The notes beneath the pieces are model-generated. The model was not told the DNA's origin and did not search any database. It saw only the letters and a list, made by a program, of their open reading frames with translations. 64,000 nucleotides of DNA, from IMG/VR virus record IMGVR_UViG_3300037200_000074, one strand, 5' to 3'. This document shows, piece by piece, positions 8,425 to 18,502 of the stretch. Position 1 is the stretch's first letter. Each line of letters opens with the position of its first letter. The position numbers and the translations under genes were made by a program. Source of the DNA: an uncultured virus (IMG/VR IMGVR_UViG_3300037200_000074) (Duplodnaviria > Heunggongvirae > Uroviricota > Caudoviricetes).

Positions 8425-8643
8425 CTATCCGCCTACTTTCACACTGACTAGCTTACTATCTAAACATGTGACCTTATATTTCTGACCCCTACCTAGTCCT
8501 AAGCCACGGCCGAAGCGGGTGTGGCAGCCTATGCACATGTTCGCCCAGTAGCCGTGTGGCTTAGTCACACCGTCTACGTAGTACTCGTCTTGAACTAGCA
8601 AGTTAATACCGCAGAAGTCACACTCTAGTAATACCTTATCCAT
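8425..8643 (-). CDS. conserved phage Zn-binding protein
   Basis: CDFC...YVDGxT...WANMCxxC...GxGLGLGRGQKY, a recognisable phage hypothetical family. Confidence 0.7.
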   Translation of the reverse strand: MDKVLLECDFCGINLLVQDEYYVDGVTKPHGYWANMCIGCHTRFGRGLGLGRGQKYKVTCLDSKLVSVKVGG

Positions 8644-9201
8644 CAGCGCGCGGCCCGGTGACTATGTGCGCGACGCCAAGCGTCATAGGCGCTGTTGGTA
8701 TTTCCATGGCCTTTGCGATAGGTGGCTTGTTTGTTACAGTGATAGCAGTAAAAAGTAACAGTGGTCGGGCCAGCAGTGAACTTAGTGTGTGTTGGAATAG
8801 CGAGCTCCTGTCTGGACATGTTGGTGGTTCTCTACAAATCTGAGGTATTGCCGGTCAGCGTCGCGCGGCGTGGCGGCGACCCCGCTCTTGCTACATTTGT
8901 CACAGACAAAGTAGGTGAAGCCATCTCGCTCGTAGCGGCGAACATGATCCACTTATTTGAGCTCCTTATGATATCGATTTCCTCTCCTAGTTTCCGTGTG
9001 GTCTGTTGGATAGACAGCACTGATACGCTGGACAGTAATCGGACTGATCGATTTCCTCTCCTAGTTTCTGTGTTTCGATATGTACCCAACCATCCGGCGC
9101 GGACTTATAGTACTCTTCTCCTGTAGCGGGATATTCAGCATCGCAGGGGTAGGCGTCACACTGAACATAATGTTGCCCCAAGCGGAGACGATATTGAAGA
9201 C

Positions 9202-9420
9202 TCATTCGAGGTACGCCTCTTCGCTGTGGTCGGGACAGTAGTCCCACCAATCGCCAGTCTCTTCGTTGATAGTAAAACGCCAGCCCGCGTCGAGAACATG
9301 CTGACAGTAAGTATCCTGAGCGTACATAGCGTAAGTACACTCAACTGTGGGTAGAGAGAAAGTATTGGGGCAGGCGTGAGCGTCGCACATGATAGCGGTA
9401 TCGTCTTGGCTGATAGCCAC
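9202..9420 (-). CDS. Zn-binding hypothetical protein
   Basis: CDxxxC...GW...DYCPxH; same pattern in the adjacent downstream ORF. Confidence 0.6.
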   Translation of the reverse strand: MAISQDDTAIMCDAHACPNTFSLPTVECTYAMYAQDTYCQHVLDAGWRFTINEETGDWWDYCPDHSEEAYLE

Positions 9421-9632
9421 TATAGATCTTCTCCCTCTATCTCGGGACAGGCGTCGTACTTACCATGCTCGGCACTGCAGTTAAGACAAGCGCCATCGAA
9501 ATCGTCGCAGTCTGTGAAATGCTGGTCGGTACCCTCATTCTCACAGTAGTCGCAGTAAGTGTGTTCCATTAATTTCCTCCTAGTTCCAGTAGGACCGGGG
9601 AAGTAGTCGTCTAGACCGCGCCCCGCTAAAAG

Positions 9633-9708
9633 ACTGTTTCGCCGCAGGCGCAGGCGAACCTGCCCCTACAGCTAATACGAAACGAGCGTAGGTTAGAAGT
9701 CGTACATG
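9633..9708. repeat. conserved bipartite intergenic element, copy 1
   Basis: ACTGTTTCGCCGC (9633) + 28 nt + AATACGAAACGAGCGTAGGTTAGAAGTYGTACATG (9674); second copy 10079-10154. Confidence 0.8.
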
Positions 9709-9709
9709 G

Positions 9710-10015
9710 CTATTTACCTGTAAGGAGAAGATTGAGCCGAGCGGCGGTATTGATGACGTCGCTCTTGAACTCTATCAGGTGTTCGACCATCTCATGAATG
9801 TAGCGAAGCTCGCAGGCTATGCAAAACAGCTGGCCGTATTCGCCGATAACGTAGTAGCCCGCACGTCCTTTACCTTCAGCATGTGCACCCTCACACGACT
9901 GGGGCATATCGTAGAGGGCGACGGCGACGGTGGGCCGAGAGTATTGGTTACCTGTCTCGGCGCATTCGATCAATTGCGAGATGTTGGCGATCGTCTGAGC
10001 ATCTTCTCTAGTCAT
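9710..10015 (-). CDS. hypothetical protein between the two conserved elements
   Basis: 101 aa; AAGGAG RBS; CxxxH...CxxC. Confidence 0.65.
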   Translation of the reverse strand: MTREDAQTIANISQLIECAETGNQYSRPTVAVALYDMPQSCEGAHAEGKGRAGYYVIGEYGQLFCIACELRYIHEMVEHLIEFKSDVINTAARLNLLLTGK

Positions 10016-10078
10016 TCAATGTACTCCTTAGCTAGCGTGTGCTACCGACCCAACACATGAGAGCGCGGGCCGCTCTAA

Positions 10079-10154
10079 ACTGTTTCGCCGCCAGCAGCGC
10101 CCGACCTGGTCATGATCGAAATACGAAACGAGCGTAGGTTAGAAGTTGTACATG
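10079..10154. repeat. conserved bipartite intergenic element, copy 2
   Basis: 34/35 identity of the long box and identical spacing to copy 1. Confidence 0.8.
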
Positions 10155-11772
10155 TTAGATACAGGCGGCAACGGGCGGTCAACGTCGTCAATACAGCTAC
10201 GTAGCTCGAAGGCTAGTATTTTTAATATTTCGCCTCTATAGCTACCATCATGTTGATGGGATAACTTTTCAAGATTGGCTTGAAATGCGTTGACACGTTC
10301 GAGAAGATCACTCATCTTTTATTTTGCTCCTAGCGTCCCAGCACTGTTTACACGCGGCTTTGCCACCTCCGGCTGCTATTGGCTCGCGGCCGGGGAGTTT
10401 AACATCTTCCCGGCAGGTCCATGCGAAACCACAGAAGCAACATTGGTCGGGACAAAGGATTCCCGTCTAACGCATTCGCGATAGCAAGCCACATAAGCTG
10501 TTCATGATTATCATCAGTAATTGGGATGATAATAGCTTCTACTTCATCACTCATTGTTATAAACTCTGTTCGGATTGGTTTTGTTAAGCAGCACGCAGAT
10601 CACAGCGTGGTACGCTCCTGATATCCAAGGAAAGTAGTACTTTAAGCCACGTGACCGTGTGAGAAGGCGCTTACGGTTATCATGTAGATATTGTGCTACC
10701 TCTTCATCACTCATTGTTCCCATCCAGTATAGACACCTGTACACCGGCCAGCGGTGAACTTTATGTCGTAATTCTCCCAGATGGTGAATGACTCGGTGAG
10801 TGGCTTACGGGTGGTGGGCTTACCTGTAACAAGATGAAGAGGGTCGCCGTCTACAGCCGGAAGGGATATTTCAGGCACACCAGCGTCTTCGTGTATTAGA
10901 TGCTGATAACGCGTGATGATACCCGGTAGTAGCACACGAGTACCATCAAGGCTTCCACCTACAAAGTGGACGTTATTGTAGCTGTACTTCCTGCCCGGTA
11001 GTGTCTTTAGAGTGAAGAATGCGCGCAACTTCTGCACGAATTGTTTTATTGCCAAGCTGTGCCTCCAGATATTCCAGGGCTCCGATCATATTTAGATGAT
11101 CTGTGATGTACTGAACGTCGATGATCTCACCGCAACGCTCTTTGATACGATGGATGTTATCGAGCATTAAACCTCCGCAACCGAGTGGGACTACTTTGTA
11201 ACCTTTGTGTGCTAAAATATACGCACAATCGTTGCATACTTCAGCTTGATAGAGAGGAGACAGGTATCCGCCCTGAGGTGCCTTGATTACGCGGCTGGTA
11301 GCTTCCTGAGTACGAAGGGTTGGACAGTTGCCACGTGTGCATGTCATAGTGTGCCTCCAGATAAGTGTAGAGCCAGACCGACCCGGCTCCTCTACTACTT
11401 CGGCGCGCGTCTCGCGACCGCCTGCGCATAGGCCAGCTGCGAAACTGGAGTATCCCGACGATTAAATTAACACCGCACCACAAAAATGACACACAGCAGT
11501 GCGAGCGTATTTACACTTGGGACAGTTGAAGCAGCGCCCGGCACCGTCAGTCACATGATCGAAGAGCGTGTAGCAGTCCTCACACTTGAATTGAGCAGGG
11601 AACTCATAATGAGTGAGCACTAGGCTATGATTTAAATATTCATAAGCCATTTAATCTTGCCTAAACACAGCCTTGAGGGTCGCTACAAGTGCTTGTAATC
11701 CCCAGCCTACGATCCAGCAGGTGAAGATAATAGCGATGCAACGTAGGTCGTAGTTGATAAGCCAGTAGTCGA

Positions 11773-12126
11773 TCATATAGATGGTACGCTGAGACAGGCG
11801 TGGGTAGTCTTTGATAGGGATTTTAGACTATCGCATGTTATGATTAGAATGTAGCGAGGGTATACTTTTGCCTGACCGTGTAAAGATTGCATACAAAGAT
11901 ATGCGGCGGCGCTCACTTCTCCGAACATGTCCGAGTTATTGTCTGGCGTGAGATTGTTGACAGATACGTAGTTCATTGCATCGGTGAGAATGACGCAAGT
12001 ATGAACAGCAGGACCCGCAGCCTGAAAAGCTTGAATCTGAGCGCTAGTGGGTTCAGTACCTGCATTGGCTACTATTGGTAGTGTAGCCATAATTCCTAGC
12101 ATGAGGAATTGAAAAAGTAATTTCAC
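11773..12126 (-). CDS. secreted/exported protein
   Basis: signal peptide MKLLFQFLMLGIMATLPIVANA (AxA cleavage site), 4 Cys. Confidence 0.65.
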   Translation of the reverse strand: MKLLFQFLMLGIMATLPIVANAGTEPTSAQIQAFQAAGPAVHTCVILTDAMNYVSVNNLTPDNNSDMFGEVSAAAYLCMQSLHGQAKVYPRYILIITCDSLKSLSKTTHACLSVPSI

Positions 12127-12915
12127 AAAGTCTCCTTAGTGTGAGTGGCTAGAAGTTGTAAGGTTTGTTGCCATGCGGGAATCCATCTCCTCCAATTCAG
12201 CAGTGAGCCGGGCGATGCAAGCGCGCTCTTTTTCGAGAGCCGCTTGCGCTCTGCGTAGCGTTTCCTCGCAGTAGGGAAGCGCAGCCACCGCAGACTGCAA
12301 CGCCTTCGTGTTCGCTTGCCGCCGGTCGTGTGTGTAGTTCCAGGGGGTCACGTATGAGCCGCTGTTGAATGGCGGCTCTCCGAAGGCGAGCATGCCCGTT
12401 TTCGAGACCCGCGCCACAACACGTTCGTCGCCGGTGCGATTGTGATAGACAATATCGCCGACCTCAAAAATTTCTTCGCTCATTAAGGCTCCTCTCTCCA
12501 CAGACACCGCGTCCACGTTCTGGTTTTACCGTTACGCCGGTACCTTCTACAACACTCAGTGTATCCTGGTATAGCATGGTGAAAACTACGTTGTGCTAGA
12601 GCCTGTTCTTTGGTTACCACTAGAAGTCCTCGCCTTTTCGCATAGGCGTTACCGTGAAACTAAACGGTTTTACGCTACCCCAGTCTAAACTGTCCATTGC
12701 AGTAATTTTCTGCGCTTCGCCGCTTAGATTGTAACCTTTGTCGTCTACCGATGCGTCGGCGAGATATGTTTCGACGTTTTGTGATGCAAACGCATCTTTA
12801 AGCGCCTGCGTGATAATACACCATCCACCAACACTGTACTTCTCCTGTGTGGTACTAGCTCTTATCGCAGCGTCTATGTGTTTCTGTGTGACCTCGACTA
12901 TCGTGTGTGTCATTC

Positions 12916-13176
12916 TTAGGTGCTCTCCTGTAGGATACACGTGCTGGGAGTATGAACGAGAGCCAGATCGTTATGCGTGATAGTACTGTAGTTCCTCAGC
13001 CCGCGTTTGACAGGAATGACAAACTCACCGGGGCGTGTCTTCCACGTTTTGGTAGCCCCATTGCGACGCCATAATTCTGTACTGACTGTGACTGCGCCTC
13101 TAGCACCTGTGCTGCGCATGCAGGTGCCCATGTGGAAGACGGTAGCGTTCATGATTTCGTCTTGTGTTAAACTCAT
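12916..13176 (-). CDS. conserved phage hypothetical protein
   Basis: WRRNGxTKTWKTRPGEFxIPVKxGL motif. Confidence 0.7.
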   Translation of the reverse strand: MSLTQDEIMNATVFHMGTCMRSTGARGAVTVSTELWRRNGATKTWKTRPGEFVIPVKRGLRNYSTITHNDLALVHTPSTCILQEST

Positions 13177-14131
13177 GATATCGTATGTCCAATCCGGAGG
13201 ATGTCTCCGAGTTAAGATAGTGGGCGGGTCCGACCCCGCTCTAGACTACTTCTTCGGCAGGCTCGAAGCCACCTGCTCATGTGCTAGCTACGAAACGCGC
13301 GTAATCATCATGCGGTGCGAGCCGTCCCAATACGCGTGGTACTGACCTAGTTGAAGCTGTCGAATGCGGGGTACAATAGTAGCTAATAGGTCAGGGTTAG
13401 CATTGCTGATGTATTCGGTCAACGACTGCTCTATCGTTTTGCCCATGTTGATCGTGTCAACGACAATTCTAATATCACTGTCGCCTTTACATCGTGCGGC
13501 GGCCCGTTGCGCACGCCAGCGTAGTTCATCCTCATACCAGTTACCCACTGCTATCAACTATTTCTACGCGACCACAGTTCTGACAGGTATACTGATTGAG
13601 GCAGTTACCTACATTTACCTGGGTCTTCATTTTATGTTCACACCCGATGCGGTAGTAGATGGGCTGGAACGTTGCTGCGCCATCCAGGTTGGGTGGATGA
13701 TTGTGCTTAACCTGAATAGCGTAGGCGCGGTCGTGATACCAGAACACGTGAATAGCTGTGATAGAGCGCACACCTTCTCCCGGTAGACCTATGACTTGAT
13801 GAAAGGAGGTAGATCTACCAGCGCTGTACATGCTAAACCAATGCCAGAATTCTTGGTCCGTTACTTGATAGATGGGGTGAGGGCTATCGTTAGCACTCTC
13901 AGGCGGTGAGATACCCTTAGGGAGCATTTCAGGCATCCCCTTTGTTTTGTACGTCATTATCCTCCTACTTGTCGGTCGCGCATTTTTATAGCTATGTCTA
14001 TAGCTTGTTTAGCTTTAGCCACGCTAGGCAAGTATGTGCCTGAGCTATGGAAGTACGGTCCATAGACGTACACGTCGAGAGTACTTTCACTCTCGCATAT
14101 AGTGTGTCCTTTGTACTCAAGGAGTACTTTT

Positions 14132-14521
14132 TCAACACCCATAGCGCATCTCAGCGAGCGACTCGGCGTTAGCATCCTCAATTTCGCGAAGATGTCTCTT
14201 CCACAGTTTTATCATATCCGGCTGCATCCGGTCGAGGTCGATGACCTTAATAACACGTAGACCTTTGCAGTCTTCGCATTTCGTGTCATACGCGCCGTTG
14301 AAGTAGTCTGACATGAACTCGTGGTCGTCGAGTGCGTCACCGGATATGCAAGCACCGCCGAGTGCTCGGGTACCCTCGCCGTTACAGTAATCGCACACTT
14401 CGTATTTGGTAGGGAGGGGGCCATGCTCTTCTATGAAGCTAGCGACTGCATCGGCCTCGCTAGTGTAAAAGTAGCCGCGCGTTGCGGACTGACGTTCGTA
14501 GATATCGTCGTGACTGTACAT
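14132..14521 (-). CDS. protein with DnaJ-like CxxCxGxG zinc motifs
   Basis: CDYCNGEG ... YDTKCEDCKG. Confidence 0.65.
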   Translation of the reverse strand: MYSHDDIYERQSATRGYFYTSEADAVASFIEEHGPLPTKYEVCDYCNGEGTRALGGACISGDALDDHEFMSDYFNGAYDTKCEDCKGLRVIKVIDLDRMQPDMIKLWKRHLREIEDANAESLAEMRYGC

Positions 14522-15378
14522 TAGCGGTCCAAGATTTCTGCGGTGACGCTATCCTGGACGTAGAGTACGTCGAAGCTGATATTGGGGAGATTTACGGCGA
14601 GCAGCGCATCTTTAACGATACGCGCTGCATCCGCGCCGGTCGGGTCGCCGAGTACCGTGACGGCTACGAATAAACCTTGTGCCATGCTATTTACCCTCCT
14701 CGGGAATCAGTTCACCGTTGCGATCGTGTTGTGAGTAATCGTCGTGTACGACGCTGCAGTGTTTGCAGTGGGCCACATCATTCTCCTCTTGATTTTGGAT
14801 CATACGCTGAAGGATAGCGTCCATGCGCTCTGTCAGAGTATTAAGCTCATCGAAGCATTTGATCACCTCAGGCTTGATGTCCTCGACCGCCTCGGTGGCC
14901 ATGGCGTCCATCAGAAGTAGCCGAAGGTCCCAAATGCGGTAGTCTCTGATACTGTAACGTGTGTAGATCTGCGTGGGAGTGAAAATGCTATATACTTTGT
15001 AGCTCATAAAGTGTTCTCCTTAGATAATAGTGTGCGGGACCGACCCCGCTGGTTGTTTCTTCCTTCTTTAAAGGCCCGTTGCCTGCGGCTGTGGGAATCC
15101 GAAACGAAACTACCAGCCCTGTACCGCACACTCAGTCCAAGTATCAGTGTGCGCAGTCCAATACCAGGCTTGTTGGATCTCTGCATCGTTACTACCGTCG
15201 CTACTGCAATAGAACCGCGCGACTACCCAGCGCATGTTGTGTTCATCCCAGCCTACGATCCATTCGCTCTCTTGTGGGTCGCGAGCGAACATGAGAGAAT
15301 CGGTTGCAGTGTTCATGCCGGGAACCATGCTGCTAATAGTCAGCATGATACAGATTTCGCGACAGAGCTCTTCTTCCA

Positions 15379-15903
15379 TCAGTCGTAGAACCCCGGACGT
15401 CTACTCTCGTCTACTGTCTTGCATATTTTCTCGTCACTGTCGTAGCAATCTGTACAGTAACAATCTCTGAAAACCTGGGCTTTCTTTTTGTGACGCGAGA
15501 CTACCGTCTTACAACTGCGACACCAGAAAGCTAAATCATCAGCTACAGGCTGGAGGCGTGCGTTGTACTCTTCGATGAGTTCTCTACGATTGGGTGAACG
15601 CGGTAGCTTAGCTACGAACGAACTGGGAAATGCGTACCCGTCCTCGGGTAGTCCCTGATCCCAAGGGTGCATTTCTCGATAGTATACGATTATGTCACCA
15701 TCTAGGTCTTCCCGCAGATAGACGTTGCCGAGTGTCGCAAAGCCTTTGATGTAGTCTTTGGGTATCATACCACGTTGGCTTACCACAAGCGTAATATTCC
15801 GAGCGAGTGGGTGCATGGTAATTTCTGCGTTGAGCGGAAAGTCCGCCTGAGTGTATGGGTGTCGATTCCGCATATCGAGAACGCGGTGAGTAGTTAAGAT
15901 CAT
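15379..15903 (-). CDS. hypothetical protein with C-terminal Zn finger
   Basis: 174 aa; CRSC...YCTDC. Confidence 0.6.
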   Translation of the reverse strand: MILTTHRVLDMRNRHPYTQADFPLNAEITMHPLARNITLVVSQRGMIPKDYIKGFATLGNVYLREDLDGDIIVYYREMHPWDQGLPEDGYAFPSSFVAKLPRSPNRRELIEEYNARLQPVADDLAFWCRSCKTVVSRHKKKAQVFRDCYCTDCYDSDEKICKTVDESRRPGFYD

Positions 15904-16349
15904 TCTAAACCTGCTTTTACTAGCCCGTAGCCTATGCCAAATAGCGCCCCCCAGCCAACTATCTGAACTACACAGAGCAGCGCCTGGGAAGCACTATAGT
16001 CATCTTTAGTGAAGATGTCGTATACTAGGTTCCAGATCCCGACTAGTGCTATCGCGAGAAATACAAATCCAAGAAAAGTTAGCAATGCTTTCTGAGCCTC
16101 ATGAGCGCGGCGTGAACATTGTCGGCGATCTCAGCACGTGCAAGCTGTTTCTCGAGATTGTATTCTTCAATCCCCTCAGTTACTAGGTGAACTTCTTTCT
16201 TGTCGTCTATAATTACTAGTTCCATTTCTACCTCCGAAAGTATCAAAGCAAGACGCTTCGTTAATTGCTTCGCGCGGCGCGCTGCGTCAACCTGCGCATA
16301 GCACGACATATTTGAAGGGCGTAGCGATTCGACCGTCAAACTTAAAGGG

Positions 16350-17120
16350 ATGAAACTTATAAAGGCATCAGTGTGTGCCTGCGGCGCGACGGCTGTAGGT
16401 ACTAAGCACCGCAAGATGATGGAACTTCATAAGAAGGAGTCTATGGGTTTTCAACTTTATAATGACGAGACTATGCTTATGAGGTCAGCTATTGGGTATA
16501 CATTCTTCGAAGGTAAGGCTAAAATTGCCGCTGAGATGGGTGGTCTTCATATTGACACCGTGTATCGTAGAGGCACTTCAGTTGACTATATTCCATTAGA
16601 CTACAGCACACTTGCGGCGGCAGATATAGCTAGCCGATGGCTTTACCCTATGGGAGAGTTTAAGCTAGTCCGCGATGCGCCTCACTTACTCGCTGATGTG
16701 GTTAAGACGTCGTCACCAGTTATCACCAAATGGGCTCAATGGGCTATTTGCATAGACTGTGACTGGAAGTATGAGGGACGAGGATCTAATAACCTAGGTT
16801 CGTGGCATGCGTGTGGCTCGCGACATAAAGTGGCCTACACTGGTTCTAAATTTAACGATAACATGATAACTCTTATACCCGTACCAGTGCGTCGAGCGAA
16901 CACATATAGAGCAAACTTTAAGCAGCAGATGCGCATGCCATGTGATATTGATCCTTACAAGCATCCAGTATTTCAGTATAGCCGGGTGCCTAAAGAAGTA
17001 GTTGCAGCTTACAAGGCTTATGTTCGGCAGCATACTAACGGAAGAGGTATGGTAGACCCACCGTGGGTAGATCCGTATCATGACAAATACAAGAGTCTGC
17101 TCATGATGGGTATTGGTTAA
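16350..17120 (+). CDS. hypothetical protein, first of a short rightward operon
   Basis: 256 aa ORF; TAATG overlap with next gene. Confidence 0.7.
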   Translation: MKLIKASVCACGATAVGTKHRKMMELHKKESMGFQLYNDETMLMRSAIGYTFFEGKAKIAAEMGGLHIDTVYRRGTSVDYIPLDYSTLAAADIASRWLYPMGEFKLVRDAPHLLADVVKTSSPVITKWAQWAICIDCDWKYEGRGSNNLGSWHACGSRHKVAYTGSKFNDNMITLIPVPVRRANTYRANFKQQMRMPCDIDPYKHPVFQYSRVPKEVVAAYKAYVRQHTNGRGMVDPPWVDPYHDKYKSLLMMGIG

Positions 17121-17572
17121 TGGCTTGGTATAATGTCCTGTTGCGTAGACAGCGTTATCCTTTTGAGCTAGCAACTTTACTTGAAGACTTTGAGTTAGCT
17201 AACATTCAAGGTAAATGGCTGGGCATATTTACCAAGAGTGTGGAAAATCGGCTAAGTGCGCATACGCACACACTGTGGTTTAATAATGGTCGTTGGGAGA
17301 CACTTACTCCTGGTTATGTGGACGTGCCGCAGCGATGGAAGGTAACTAAGATGGGTAACGTAGCTCTGGTTATGAATCGACAATTCGCGGGTAAGAACGA
17401 AATGCGACAGTTTGTTGAGGACATAGTGATGGAAGACATAGAATTTTACATAGTTAGCACGGACCTGAATGGTGAGTTTTCACAAGGCCATGCTTGGCAA
17501 GGAGTTGTATCTCGCGGCAACATCGAATTCGACGACTACGGACCTATACAACATCTAATACGAGAGGAATAA
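17120..17572 (+). CDS. hypothetical protein
   Basis: 150 aa, operon packing. Confidence 0.65.
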   Translation: MAWYNVLLRRQRYPFELATLLEDFELANIQGKWLGIFTKSVENRLSAHTHTLWFNNGRWETLTPGYVDVPQRWKVTKMGNVALVMNRQFAGKNEMRQFVEDIVMEDIEFYIVSTDLNGEFSQGHAWQGVVSRGNIEFDDYGPIQHLIREE

Positions 17573-17573
17573 A

Positions 17574-18101
17574 ATGGCTGTCGAGGGGCATTTAGTATTT
17601 AATGGACAGAGTCGGTTGCTCAAGTTAAACATTAAAGGAGCGCAAGACTATGGGAAACCGGATGGTCTACTTCACGTTATTCCTTGCCATGACGTTGGTG
17701 TCAACGACGCTCTGGTCGGTGAAGGCCAGGACGCATACGGCCACGCCTGCAAGTGTCCACCAGGTCTCGGCTACTCAGTCGGAACGCCTCAAGCATGTGC
17801 GACGCGTCTCCAGAACGGCAGTGTACACATCAACAACAGTGATGACCAAGCCTACGGCTGTTGGTTCACGCCTATCGGCGACGACGCTACAGGCGATATG
17901 GCGCAACATGATCGCGCAGGCATTGGCATCCACGGTGGTGGCTCGGATTTGCCCGACTCATTCGCAATGTACCAGGGTTGGGAGTACACGTTCGGCTGTC
18001 TGCGATTGCAGAATTATCATAATGAACAAGTCTTCGTACCGTATATGCAGTGGATTTTGAGCAAGGGCGGCGTCGTAGTGCTTGACGTAGTGTGGCCATA
18101 G
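17574..18101 (+). CDS. L,D-transpeptidase (YkuD)-like protein, possible endolysin
   Basis: GIGIHGG...TFGCLRL catalytic His/Cys motif; CPPG(L)GY upstream. Confidence 0.75.
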   Translation: MAVEGHLVFNGQSRLLKLNIKGAQDYGKPDGLLHVIPCHDVGVNDALVGEGQDAYGHACKCPPGLGYSVGTPQACATRLQNGSVHINNSDDQAYGCWFTPIGDDATGDMAQHDRAGIGIHGGGSDLPDSFAMYQGWEYTFGCLRLQNYHNEQVFVPYMQWILSKGGVVVLDVVWP

Positions 18102-18400
18102 GCACACAGCTACCTTCCATGCAAGGCCGCTTACGTGGCAAGCGTAGGCGGAATTGGCGGCTTGTTCTGTTCCCTGGCGACTACCAATTTCACAATCCGC
18201 ATGGCTATGTCGAGGCGCTCATTTACTCTTGCCCAGGCTGCGGCGCATTATTGTCTCTAACACTCAACATGTGGAAGTGGAATGGAGACTTTAATAAGCC
18301 TACTGTCACACCAAACATGAGACATGAAGACTGTGGTTGGCTTGGTCGTCTTACTAATGGGTTCTGGGTGACGCTCGTGGATGATGAGTTGCCAAGCTAA
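18092..18400 (+). CDS. DUF6527-like protein
   Basis: CPGCG...WxWNGDxxKPTxTP...CGWxGxLTNGxW. Confidence 0.6.
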   Translation: MAIGTQLPSMQGRLRGKRRRNWRLVLFPGDYQFHNPHGYVEALIYSCPGCGALLSLTLNMWKWNGDFNKPTVTPNMRHEDCGWLGRLTNGFWVTLVDDELPS

Positions 18401-18502
18401 CTTCAACACTAATTCGGCGTAATGCTTCTTCGGCCAGCAGCGCCCTATCCGCGAAATGAAATAGCGCTCTCATTAGAGCAAATACCTGGACGTCGTTCAA
18501 CA

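Larger units (their letters stand above)
7729..16308 (-). other. array of short leftward early-type hypothetical genes
   Basis: contiguous 45-175 aa ORFs with stop/start overlaps and purine-rich RBSs; many CxxC motifs. Confidence 0.75.

Noticed and set aside
9673..9683. TAATACGA as a T7-type promoter
   Set aside because: Lacks the CTCACTATA half and no single-subunit RNA polymerase gene is visible.
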